In this document: positions 39,013 through 50,930 of the stretch, piece by piece
Numbering within the stretch: position 1 is the first letter of the stretch
Layout: each line of letters opens with the position of its first letter
Assembly (NCBI GenBank): GCA_965228855.1
Contig: CBDDIJ010000004.1
Location: forward strand, 1-64,000
Reading direction: 5' to 3'
DNA: 64,000 nucleotides
Source: Candidatus Obscuribacterales bacterium
GTDB lineage: Bacteria > Cyanobacteriota > Vampirovibrionia > Obscuribacterales > Obscuribacteraceae
Notes under the pieces: model-generated
What the model was told of the DNA's origin: nothing
Seen by the model: only the letters and a program-made list of their open reading frames with translations
Databases searched by the model: none
Translations under genes and position numbers: made by a program

Positions 39013-41497
39013 ATGAACAAGAACAGCAAATATTTCAAATCTTTTGAGATTCCGAGAAAGAATTCAAAAAATAAAATCGGCAAGTTTTATTTCATAATTT
39101 TACTAAATCTTGTAAAATTTAGATCCCCAAGTTCTAATGAAATTGCTTGAGTTTGATTGACCAAAGTATTTTGACTTCACTCAGCTAGGACAAAAGGAGG
39201 CAAGTTGTCAGTTCGCAAAAAGCAATGTCGTTTATCATTAAATTAGAGTTTTACTTTTTTCCAAAAATACTGAGATTATTTATAATGTAGCAAAACTAAC
39301 TTTTATTTTGCATTTTTGATTTTCTATTTAATATCAGCTTTGCAGTAAAAATTATTAATAAAATAATAAAGACTTTATCATAGCCAGCTGTGAGTAGCAA
39401 GGAAATCAAAATTGATGAGATTAATGATGAATTTAACACTGAGAACAAACATCCTAATTGTCAGCAGCAAAACAAGACGAAGTACTTCAGTCAAAAGAAT
39501 AACAGCAATCTTCAAAACTATTATAAAAAGTATATTTCTGCTATCCATAAATTATTAATTTTTAATATAGAATATAAACTTTGTAATCTCTGAAAATCTT
39601 GGAAAGAAAGAGCCTCTCAATGTTAAAAAATCCGCAAGAGGAGTAGATAAGCTTCAAGTTGATAGCAGCTTTGAGTGAATGCAACACAAGTTCCATTTAA
39701 AATCGATATCCAATCAGTCACCGACTGATTACAATCTATCAAAGAGAAATCAAAATAGTTCCAAATAACTATTCAACTTCGCGCTCTAAAGTTTGTCAAT
39801 CAGTATACAAAAAGTACATTGACGTTTCAAAGAAATCTAGTCCTTTGACTAATTTAAAAGAAATGAGTCGGCACAATGAATCATTAGGCACAAACTCATT
39901 TTTGGTAGGGAAAAGTAAAAGAATCTGCAAAAATCAATCGAACCTCAAAAACTGTTCTTCATTTATTTGCTGAAGTAAATCTCCATTAAGAAGTATCAAG
40001 GATTCTTGCAAATCCAACAACTGAATTAAGTCTAAGAAAAGCCTCAAAGAGCTCAGCTGAAATCAAGAGGATAGTAAGAGAAAAATGAGGCAGAAAATCA
40101 AAAGAACCACTTCGAAAAACAGCGCTAGAAGCACCAGCAAAATCTGCTCTATATCAAAGACTAGCAAACAACAGGAGCCAAGACTGAACGAAATATCATC
40201 GGTATTAAAGTAAGAGTGATTCAAACTTAAGACATTACTAAAAATATGCAGCTGATTATTAGATTGCATCAATATCATAAAATTAAGGTTAAATAGACTT
40301 TTGTTATAGAGTGAACACTTTCGATTCAATTGACTCAGTTGCTATTAAAAATAATAATGCGCATCAACCTTCTGATAAGTCAAGTAAGTTGAAACTCTTG
40401 TGATTCGTTCAAAATCTATGCCAGTTAAAAATAGTAGTTTAACTTAAAAGGAAATTAAATTCAAATATTTTGGTTTTGGGATGAGTAGAATTTGGGATAA
40501 AAATCGCAAAGCAAATCAAAAAATAGTATTTTGTAAAGCAGCAAATAGAAATACAGGTTTTCAAACTATTGAGAGATATCTTAGCTGGTAGCTAATGATT
40601 TAGATCGAATTAGTACTGGGTGAATTAAAATATTGGTTATCGAATAAAATTTGATTTCAGTACTTTACAAGTTAATACCCTTTTATAATTAGCCGAAATA
40701 GTGAAGAAAAGAGCAAAGATTATTAAGAGCTGACGGATTAGTCCAAGAAATATTAAGTCATCTGGTAGAGCGCCTAAATAAGTCCCAACGGAAGTGAAAT
40801 ATGGACAACAAAAATCATGATTTTGAGAATAGATCTCTATGCCAAAACTCGATGCAAAGCTGCAGCATTGCTATAAGTAGTAATATTAGTAAAATACCGA
40901 GTAGTCAGCAGACAAGGAATCAAGCGAATATTGGGAATGTAAAGAGTAATATCTCTTCAATTATGGAAACTTACTCTCATTTGATGGCGAAGAAGAAGTC
41001 GCTACAGAAGAGAAGTCACAATAAAGAAAGCAATAGATCCTTCTGATCTAAACATAAAAAGCCAGTGAAGAGCAAGCAAACCTAATAAATACAATCCTAT
41101 TAAATCTATTTTAAAACATATGGATGCTGCTGAAAAGGTATTTCATAAGCAAAAGGAATGTGCGAGTAAACCCAAAAATAATCCAGCTAGTCTGTTTGAG
41201 ATTAAGCAAAATGTTGAAAAAGAGTTGACCAATAATAAATATCAAAATAGAAATTTAAACTTCTTAAGTTTGTGCAGTAGTAGTCAAAGAGCGATGCTAA
41301 ACGAACTTAAAATGCAATCAGATCAGCTAAAGATTCAATTAAATTTATTTATGCAAGCTCAGAATACTATTGATTCTGTTCCAAAAAGAGTAGATGGAAG
41401 CGATCTTACTTTTAGAAATTTTGGATCAGATTTAACATCAACAGATAGTACTCAAAGAATAGTAGAAGATGATAACAATATACAAACTTCAAGATAA
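39013..41497 (+). CDS. Hypothetical Ser/Lys-rich protein with TPX2-like N-terminal motif; two GC-AG introns and up to four frameshift sites
   Basis: Introns 39080-39122 and 39200-39383 start GCAAGT. Exon 2 encodes EFD[C]PKYFDF. Shifts needed at 39572-39577, 39763-39768, 40776-40781 and 41080-41085. Confidence 0.55.
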
Positions 41498-42199
41498 AAT
41501 AGATTTGTAGTAAGCATACTGGATATTAATATATTTAATTTTATTAACATCAACAATAATTTGAAAGTCTAACCTTTATAATAATATTGTCCATAAAGTC
41601 TTTTATCTAAAGCCACATGAAAGTAAAAATAATTTTTAAAAAATGAATCTGAGGTCTTTAAATAGATAATATTTTAAAATCACACAAAGTTATTAAATCA
41701 AGCATGCATAATATTTTAGTTTTAAACTTTTTTCTCAGTACCATCATCTAGTTACATTAAAACTCTAGTACTATATTTTTTTCGATATTCAGGAGCTTAT
41801 GACAAAATGAGACGTAAGGCTTGGAGTTTCAGATATTAATTACAATAAAAAAATATTTATTTTCTTTCTCTTTAAAATTGATTTTAATAACTAATTTTTT
41901 ATTTATTTTAGACGTCAAATTTAAAATAAAGCTATTTCTTTGTATTTTATTGCAAATGATAAACATTAATTTATTATTATAAAAAGCTTTAATTATTAAC
42001 AATTTAAGCAGAATCATACAACTTTGACTTAAATTTTTAAGTATTTAGTTAAATGAAAAGCAACACGCAAAACTTCATTTATTTTGATCTTTTATAATTT
42101 AGTTTTTACTTGACAAAATATACTTTTGGATCTCGTTTGCTTTATGTTTTTGTTAATACACTCAAATAATCGTGATTTTTGATTGTTTGAGGTTAAAAT

Positions 42200-43467
42200 A
42201 AAAATGCTTTGTCTTCCTATGAAAATTTTTTAATTAAATATTACTTTTTCTTGACCTGATTTTAGCTTTTATCACTTTTATATAACTCCTATCAAAACCG
42301 GGCTTGCTAAAATAACAATTAGATTAAATATAAAAAAAAATAAAGAATGTTTACAAATCTTCGAATAGAGTTATTGCATGATATCTTTTATCTTTCTCTT
42401 CCTTATGTTTTTCCCAATCATCAAGCCTTTGTTTTAGTTCCTCATCTGTCATTTTATTGGTATTTTGAGGTTGGTTAGATTCTTTCTTTCGTCGTTGGAA
42501 TATATTCCTTTGATTGATTTCTCTATTCCCTCTTTTGAGAGCGTCCATTCCATCAAACAAACTAATAGCTATTACATTTGATTTACTTTGGATTATTTAA
42601 TTTGCTCATTTGTTAGCGGAATATTTAATTTATTTTGACAACACTTTGATTACTTTCATGTTTTCCTTCATGTCTTCAGGAAGTGGTTTTTGATCTCTGA
42701 ATAACCTATGATCTGACTCTCTATAAATAGAAGATTAACTTTCATTTTCAGTTGGAGATTTAATATTGATGAAATGAAATACTTAAGTAATTTTGTCCTT
42801 TTGCTCTTTTTGCTCTCTGAATGACATTTACATTGTTTGAGTGCCTGACCTTAAACAAAACGTTTTATTAAAATATATTGGAAATATTTAACCTGTTGAT
42901 ATCCTCAAATGTGGTGTTAGCTTTGGTGCAACGTGATCAAATTTATTTGAATCATTTGCTGCTTTATTTTGATACAAATCTTCAATTTTGGTTAAGAACT
43001 TACTAAATGAACTTAACTCTTTAAAGTAAAAGGAATCAAGATGTAATTTTAAATGTTCAATTTCAGTAAAGGATTACTTTTTAAAGATATTCTTCCTATC
43101 GATAGAACTATCACTTTGTTTTAAAGTAGATTCAATCAAATTAGAATTCTTCGACTTTCTTGCGCTTGAAATCTCATCATGCTGATTTTTGACTGTCCTC
43201 GATCTCTTTTTATTTAATATAAAGATTGTCCCTTTGCCTTCTCTTTTTAATACTACAAATTTTATTTTAAAAATTTACAGTTGATTTCATAAAATCGCGT
43301 CTCCTTGAATTTTAGTGTGAAATTTGAAATTGTTACGAAATGCGTTCTCGAGTTTATTGTTGTGCTTCTTTGAAAATAATTTATTTCTGTTGAGATGAAC
43401 TTATATTCAAAGTATTTGAGTAGAAATTTATTCAACAATCCTCTCACTTTGACACTGTTACATCCAT
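42200..43467 (-). CDS. Hypothetical multi-exon protein, possible +1 frameshift at AAA-TAA 43386-43381; 3' end approximate
   Basis: The frame from ATG 43467 reaches AAA TAA and its +1 frame is open to a splice donor. ORF 42351-42560 fits as a downstream exon. Confidence 0.35.
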
Positions 43468-44022
43468 TTTCTATATTTAAATTGGAGCTAAGCAAGGATT
43501 TTTATGATATAATCGACTAGAATTGTATTTTAAATCTGAGAATTAACTTTCCTGTTTTATTTTGAAATAATACTTCCTATTATCAACTACTTATTTTTGC
43601 TTATTTGTAAATATTTAATTTATCCAATCGGCAAATATTAAAATTATTTACATTTGTTGTTGCAATTTTCTCCTCAATAAAAATAGGTTTATTAGACAGA
43701 GTTAAGATTTATATATTCAATGGTTACTATGAACACTCATCTTTCATTTACCTTATTAATATTTATTGTTTTAAGTTCAAGCTCCAAAATATGGAAGCGA
43801 CTAAATAGCTACCAATTAAAATTTTGAATTGATGCTATTAAATTATTTTAGTTTAAAATACATTTATTTTAATTTAGTAGTATGTAAGTTTAGTAATATT
43901 TTAATTCAACACTTTAGATTATTTATAATTTTAGGAGTATCAAAACTATATTGCATTATATACATCAAAAAGTATGTGCATGAATAGTTATTTAAATAAT
44001 ATAAATAATTGAACATCTCCTA

Positions 44023-44377
44023 TTAATTTTCTTGTTTTGTATTCAAAACAGCTACCTTCTTCTTTGTAAGTGTAGTCTTCTCTTTCTTCGTGACATGGAG
44101 TAAGGTCTGTGATGACTCGACAATTTTATTAAAAGCTCCTTCGGATTCAGCAATCGCTTTATCGTATTCTTCTAAAGCAGAGTATTTTTTGGATAGAGAA
44201 TCCATAGTACTGCGTAATTCGTTGCTGAGGGCTTCGATGTTCTTCTCAACTTCGCTATTTCTCAGTCTCTTCCTTTACAACTTGGTTATGGATCTCTTCT
44301 CTGCTCTTTTCGAGGCTTTCGATGATCTTTACAAGCTCGGTAATGTACTTTTGGACTGAAGCTCCGTGGGATGCCAT
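44023..44377 (-). CDS. SSNA1: SSNA1/DIP13 family coiled-coil protein, +1 frameshift at AAA-TAG 44260-44255
   Basis: MASHGASVQKYITELVKIIESLEKSREEI...ETEK /+1/ SEVEKNIEALSNEL...EYDKAIAESEGAFNKIVESSQTLLHVTKKE. Both halves match the SSNA1/DIP13 pattern (ELVK.IE.L; EYD..I.E.E.A..KI.ESSQTLL). Confidence 0.9.
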
Positions 44378-44452
44378 ATGATTCAAATTATTTAAATTTT
44401 CTATTTTTATAACAATTTTGGATTGCAGGTATCTGTTTGTTTTATGACTGAA

Positions 44453-44457
44453 TTGAA
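44453..44457 (+). promoter_or_regulatory. Candidate E-Cbs (AATTGAACAA) between SSNA1 and the mannosidase-like gene
   Basis: Consensus match in an 84-bp intergenic gap; would place a break near 44436-44441 separating the two genes. Confidence 0.55.
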
Positions 44458-44461
44458 CAAA

Positions 44462-47400
44462 TTAGTATAAGATTTTAAATGTCGCGAGCTCGAATGGCTC
44501 TAAGGTAATTGTCTCCTTAGATCTTAGCTTCTCACTAACTTTATAGGCTCTTTCGCTTTCCTGATCTGGCAATTTAGACTCAAGAGTTTTTATCTTGGAT
44601 TTTATGAGATTGAGCGGATTCATCAGCACATCAGTTTCGTACTCTGTTTTCATATAAGAAAAGTACTTGTTTTTATCTAAAATTCCATTGAGAAGGTACT
44701 TTGTGCTGGAGTCAAGCTTAGTCGACTTGTTCATAAACGGAGCCACTGGAATTCGGATACTTGAGTTAGACCTATTTCTTAGCTTTATAAATGCATCTCC
44801 GTTTTGTTTTGTCTCAAGGCCGACAAATTCGATTTGGTCAAAGAACGAATCTGATTCAATAAAGCTTATGACTGTATTAAAGGACTTTATAAACTCACTG
44901 ATTGTCTGATTTTCATATTTAATTTTGCTTAATTTAATTTGCGAGTTGATTAAATTAGAAGCATTTCTAAAATCTCCAATAAACTTGCTGCTGTTGGACA
45001 ACCCGATTGCAACATGAAGAGTTGAGATATTTGAATCTCTTAGAACATTATTCGTGAATTTATCATCTTGATTGCCAATGGATCGCTGGATTATGAATTC
45101 GAATTCTGTTCCTAAATTTTGACAACTTGTAGTGTGACTGTTCACGGTCCAAAATATTTTTTTATTATTTTGCTTGGCTACTCCTTCAACTGCTGGATAT
45201 GTATTTAGTCCAAAAATAGAGCTGCTTTCTGAGCTTTGGTTTGATGATTCTATCAGTTTATTTGAAACTGCTTCTGAAAGACTTATGTAATCTCTTTGAG
45301 TGTAGAACATCGAATCACTTACATAAAACTGAGAGTCTTTTGTAAGAACATCAAATCGGAGAGCTATTTCTTTGAAGTTATTTAGTTTTGTTTTAACTGT
45401 TGTTACAGGAAACTTTGAATGCTTTGTTAATGTTACAAAAATCTCGATTAAATCACTCTCATTTGAAGTGGAGTGATTGTTAATTGCTCCAATAAAATGG
45501 ACTTGAGATACAAGACCTCCTTTGAATTTGGTCGCAGAGATAATACTTATATTTGAATGGGTTGCCTCTTTTGCAGGCTGGAATGTATAATATCCTGAGT
45601 GAGTTCCTTCTGTAGGATACTCGAATATTTTTATTGCTAACTCAACTGAATCACCTTCAGAATTTAAATATGTAATAACTTTCGGTAAAAAGAGATTATT
45701 AAGTTCAACTGAGATTAAATTATTACTTAATATTTTATCAGTGCTTTCCTTCAAGTCAGTTTCGATGGAAGGAACAGAACAATAAGTTTTATATTTGTTT
45801 GTTCAATCATTTAGATCAAAGATGTGTCTAATAAAGTAAACTTTTGTCTCTAGTGGCTTTAAATCTATTTCAAAATATAAATACTTCTTCGAATGATCTT
45901 TATTAATTCCAATATTGCTTGAATCAAAATTAAAGAAAGAGCAATTTGTAATTTGAGATTCAACAGAATTCAAATTTTCATTAAAAACTGCAACTTGAAG
46001 TGCATCAATTGTAATATTAACAATCTCCTTTCGCTCTTGCAAAGAAGGGTTAAATATCGAGACAGGATATAAGTCACTAGAAATATTTCCGTTTAAAAAG
46101 TACATCACTTCTTCTTTATCATTATCGTTGATTTCTTGCATTGTTTTATTTTTAAAATTAAAAGTTGCAGAATCTAAAGTTTTAATTGAGATCATCCGAT
46201 CAATTTCAGATGATACATCCGAAATTGTTTTATTGAGGTCTGAATCGTAAACTTTGTCTGTATAGACTCCTGTTATTGTATTATGGTTTAACATAGTTGA
46301 TGTACTCTGTTTTAAATAAGTTAACTTATTAAAATCTTTACTATTTGGTTTACGAGGTCTTCCAAAATTAATCCCATCTAAATGATTAATTAGAAAAATG
46401 GAGGAATATGCTCTCATTTTATTAAATAAATTTCTTATTTGCTGCTTAAATACAGGATGAGTGGTATAAAACCCTGACCAAAAGTCAGTATATTGTTTAC
46501 TATTATTGCTATTAGGATCTTTGATAAATTTATCATCATATGGAATAAAATCTCCGTTAAAGTAAGAAAACTTTCTATTTTCTGATTTAAAATCATTGTT
46601 TATTTGCTCAAAGTATTCGTCAATAGTAGAAAATTTATAAGATATATACTTGTATTGAGTCCAATCTCTCACGAGTCTTTGAATTTCTGTCATATAATTA
46701 TCAATGCAGTAGAATGTAGTTTCTGCATCGATAAAAGATCCATCTCCTCCAAAAATGATAGCAATATCATCAGTAAAGTCATATGTATTAATATGTGGTT
46801 GAATAACCTCTTCAAAGAATCTTCTCGAGTTCTTGATGTCTATCAAAGGATCTCTTCAGTTAATTGTTTTGCTATCAGCAAAGTTAAACGGTTCCTTAAT
46901 TTGAGGATTTTTTATTGTTGAATGCACAAATATTCTTTGGTTTGATGATGAGCCGCCAGAATTATGTCCTTCCCAGACAAAATTTAAATTCTGGTATTTT
47001 GCTAAATCTAATTTTTCTGCAGATCCAATACGTGACGTCACTAAAGAATCTATTCCTAAAAGAGAGAAAAGTGTAGGAGTTGCTGCGGTTTCACCATATG
47101 TATCAGTTTGCCATCCGATTTTTGGAATAATTTCAAAGTTTTCATATAAAAAATCCTGTCCAGTCACCATTTGATCTATGATACTTTGATATTCCGGAAT
47201 TGCTTCATCATATGTAGTCCACCCTCCATTAGTGAAATAAAATCTCTGCTCATTAATTAACCGTTCTGCTTGCTGTTTTCTTTGAGAAGAAGCTTGCTTA
47301 TACCACCGTGCAAAGTAATAAGTTTCAGTCCAAGTAAATCGATACCTGACATCTTCATCCAAAGAGTCAAGGACAGATTCGATCATAAATTTAGCGCGTT

Positions 47401-47566
47401 CATTGAAAATCTGGTCTTTAGTTCTAGCCAGCTCTGAATCCAAATAGCTGTAGGGGATGATGTAAATATTAAGGTTGTACTTCCAGCCAACTTCAAAAAT
47501 AAACCTGCTGATCAGCGAAACAATTCCAACAATAAGGATTAGCGTCAAGAACCATTTTCATTTCAT
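44462..47566 (-). CDS. GH38 alpha-mannosidase-like protein (1034 aa single ORF; TGA=Cys at 47560, 46858, 45805)
   Basis: The three track ORFs share one frame and are separated only by TGA. Hydrophobic N-terminal anchor; GH38 motifs RFTWTE, FTNGGW, GWQTDTYG, FWSGFYT, NTYP, TLEPFE. Confidence 0.9.
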
Positions 47567-47638
47567 TTTTTCAAATTTTTATCAAATAATTGAAAAAATT
47601 ACTGTCAATTATTAAAGCCGATTTAAACATAATTAAAT

Positions 47639-49464
47639 ATGTCAAGCAAAAATAAAATTGGAAGGGATGAAGATGATCACAGCAAAGACAGCGACAGGAA
47701 CGATGATGACAGACGGAAAGAAAGCAGACATAAAAGGTAAGCTTTGTTCTTCTGGTTTTCTGTTATCATCCTATTCCAATTCCTTATCTTATAGCTCAAA
47801 GCATAAAGACGAAAAGGAAAGAAAACATAAGAAAAAGAAGAAAAGTGATCATAAAAAAGAGAAAAAGACGAAGAGAAGCTCTAGTAGAGATGGCCACAAC
47901 AAATCAAAGAAGCATAAGAGCAAGAAACGACATAGAAGGAAACGCTCTGATAGGTCGAGCTCAAGATCGAGAAGATCAAGTGAAGATTCGCGTTCTCAAT
48001 CTAGCTCTGATTTAAATTCTTCGAGCAAAGACTCGACTAAAAAGCGGGACAAGAAAAATGAAAACAAAGATAAAGTTATACAAATAACTCTTTCTGCTGC
48101 TAATCTCCCACCAGTTCCAAATCTATCAACTCAATTTGGAGATTTTGATAGTAAAGATTTAAAAGTTAACCTCAAGGACTTTGTTAGTTACAAAAAGAAA
48201 GTGATAATTTCAAATCTGCCTCTGAATGCTTCTGAAGATGAAATTTTAACTTTCCTTAATACTTACATCAGTACATTTAGAGCTTTAACCATAAAAGAAG
48301 GAGGCCAAGGTGCAGATGACGAGGAAAGGAGAGAAAAGACAAAAAATGACTCAAATGTCATTGATAATATTGAAATTAGAAACGGTATATACAGGTATGG
48401 AGTCATACTCATTGAAGACAAAGACGATATTGAACATTGAGTCAGTATTGATGGAACTGAATGGAAAGGGCAAAAAATTCGAGTTCGCAGGACTAAAAAA
48501 TTCATAGAAGAATACAATAAAGAAATAGATAAAAGATTGGGTCTTAATGCCCAAAATCCAATGGCGATGGGTATTCCAGGAATTCCTGGATCAGGAGAAG
48601 CTGAATCAGAAAATAAGATTTATATGGGAGGAATTCCCACTTCAATGAACTCTGAAGATGTTCGTAAAATATGTGCTGCATTTGGCCCACTAAAATCTTT
48701 TAATTTGGTGGTTGATCAACAAAACAAAATTATGAATAGAGGATTTGCATTCTTTGAGTATTCTAATGATAAAGATGCTGAAAAAGCTATTAAAGGCTTA
48801 GATGGTTTTGAAATTATGGGAAAGAAATTAAAAATACAAAAAGCGTCTCTTGGAGCAAAACCTCCAGCTGTTCAAAAGGCATCTGCAACTGTTGGATTCA
48901 AAAATTATATTGAACCATCGCAAAGAGTTAAAATTCCATTATATGCTTTAACTCCAAGTAGAGTTGTGCAATTTTTGAATATGATAACTCCCGAGGATTT
49001 ATTAGATGATTTCATTAAAAAGGAAATTTTTAAAGACATTGTGAATATTTGTAAGTTCTCGATTACTTTTATATTTAATTATAATATCAATAAATTTTAA
49101 TTTAGGATCACTAGAACTATCCAAAGATGTAGTCGATATCAAAGCTCCGTCTCCAGATGAGAAAACTGGATATTGAACTAAGGGAGTAGGAAAAATATTT
49201 GTAAAATTTAATCACATAGTTGCTGCTAAGCAAGCAAGATTTCATCTTAGCGGTCGCAAATACAGTAGTTTAAAAATAATTTAAAATACATTAGTGTATC
49301 TATATTAAAACCTAAAAATAGTACGCTATTAAGGGAGAATTTAACATTTAAATATTTGAGAATGAAACATATTGGACTAGCTGTATAATGGAAGAACAAT
49401 TATTGGATGATTCTATCCAGAGCATTATTTCGATACAAATGAATTCGACATCTCTGCAGATTAA
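47639..49464 (+). CDS. U2AF2: Splicing factor U2AF large subunit (introns 47737-47794 and 49051-49105; IES 49261-49385)
   Basis: RS-rich N-terminus, RRM1, RRM2 (KIYMGGIP...FGPLKSFNLV...RGFAFFEY) and UHM (VVQFLNMITPEDL...GVGKIFVKF...LSGRKYNGRTII). TGA=Cys at 48438 and elsewhere. Confidence 0.92.
49261..49385. other. Internal eliminated sequence (IES), TA-bounded, 123 bp excised, in the U2AF2 last exon
   Basis: TACAGTAGT...ACTAGCTGTA inverted ends. Removal leaving one TA restores ggt cgc aaa tat aat gga aga (GRKYNGR). Confidence 0.85.
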
Positions 49465-49804
49465 TTCTTTAATACTCATCAATATGACAATTCCACTTTC
49501 AATATCAATGTGTATATTTGTGATTCACGAATTATAATCTTAAAAACTAAAAAAAGAGAAATTCAGTTTAATATACTATTATATTTTTAACTAATAAATT
49601 TTTGTATAATATTATTTTTATAGTGCAAATAAAACTTTTTCCTAAAAAATATATAAATAAAATCAAAAAAAAATTACATTAATTTTAATTGCTTGTGTAA
49701 TTAATTAAATTTATTAATTTAAAATTAATTCAGCAAATTAATATCCCAACTGCAACTTTTGAAATTGAGATCTTAGATGTAAGCTGATTTAAAGCAACTA
49801 AGAT

Positions 49805-50844
49805 TTATGATTTAGTACTTGATTGAGCGTTGATGTTGATCATTGTATTTTTGAGTCCAACTAACAGCTGACTGTCTTTGTTTTTAATAATATTCATCAA
49901 AGAAATGTAATCAAGTAATCCATCGTTTGGAGTTAATCCAAGAATGGTTGAAGCATCAGTATATGATAACTTTTCCGAGGTGATTGTATTATTGATTACC
50001 TGAGATTGCGCTTCATTTAAAATTCTAATTGCACTTGCATCAGCAGTTGCAAAAATGATCTGTATTTGCTTATCTGCTTCAGAAATATCGACATTAATGC
50101 TTTCGCGGATAGTCGTAGCACTTTGCTCATACTTTTTGGTTTCTCTCTTTTGGACTTCGACTTGAGTCGAGACAATGGAGTCTTCGTAGGAATTAGGAAG
50201 ATCTATTTCGATCATTTGGAAAGCTACAAGTGAGGCATAAGTATTGGATAAAGTTGCGTTGAGCCTTTTAGCAATTGAATTTCCAATTTCGCTTCTCTTT
50301 CCCCAGTATTCTGGAGCATTGTAGAGACTAGCCTCTTCCAAAATAATGTTTTTGGCTTGCTTCTTAAAAGTTTCATGATATCTAACATTCGTCAGCTTGT
50401 AAAGTTTAGGAATATCATTCTTATAAAGTTTGTACTGGAATGAAACATGGAGAGTCAACCCTAGTCCTTCTTTTGTTCTTGTTTGTAGAGGAGCTTCATC
50501 TCTAGTTTGTCTGTCAGAGAATTCAGTGTGGATCATAGTTGCAGGGAACTTACAAATAGCAAAAAAAAATTAATACAAAACTATCCTTGATATTTGATTA
50601 AAGCTTAAAACTTAATATCATTAAAATTTGAAACTCAAACGTTCAGTTTTTTTGCTGTAACAAAGTGATTAACCGGGCCGACAAAATAAAGCCCTCCTTC
50701 GTATACTTCATCTCCTGTAGATTTTGAAATGATGTTATACGTCATTCCATATTCAGTTGGTTCAACTGAGTCCCACATGAATGAGAACCCGATGACTAAT
50801 ACAAGTGCAACAACACCTGCTCCAATAAGGATTGCCTTCTCCAT
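49805..50844 (-). CDS. SPFH/band 7 (prohibitin-like) domain protein interrupted by an IES
   Basis: N-terminal TM segment, VEPTEYG, GLYFVGP..HFVKFP, RTKEGLGLTLHVSFQY, coiled-coil C-terminus. Confidence 0.88.
50551..50659. other. IES, TA-bounded, 107 bp excised, in the SPFH gene
   Basis: TACAAATAGCAAAAAAA...TTTTTTTGCTGTA inverted ends. Excision joins ORFs 50635-50844 and 49805-50536 in frame (HFVKFPATMIH). Confidence 0.75.
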
Positions 50845-50930
50845 TGTTTAAAAGATCTATTATAAACTAGATATAATTTATTTCTATTTTGCGAGAAAAC
50901 TCATCCTCTCGATACTAATAAAATATTGAA

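Noticed and set aside
44462..47548. Three separate genes or a pseudogene, as the ORF track suggests
   Set aside because: All three pieces are in one frame and separated only by TGA (Cys).
2303..49464. Selenoproteins explaining the in-frame TGAs
   Set aside because: The TGAs occur at structural Cys or unconserved positions in non-redox families, and no SECIS was recognised.
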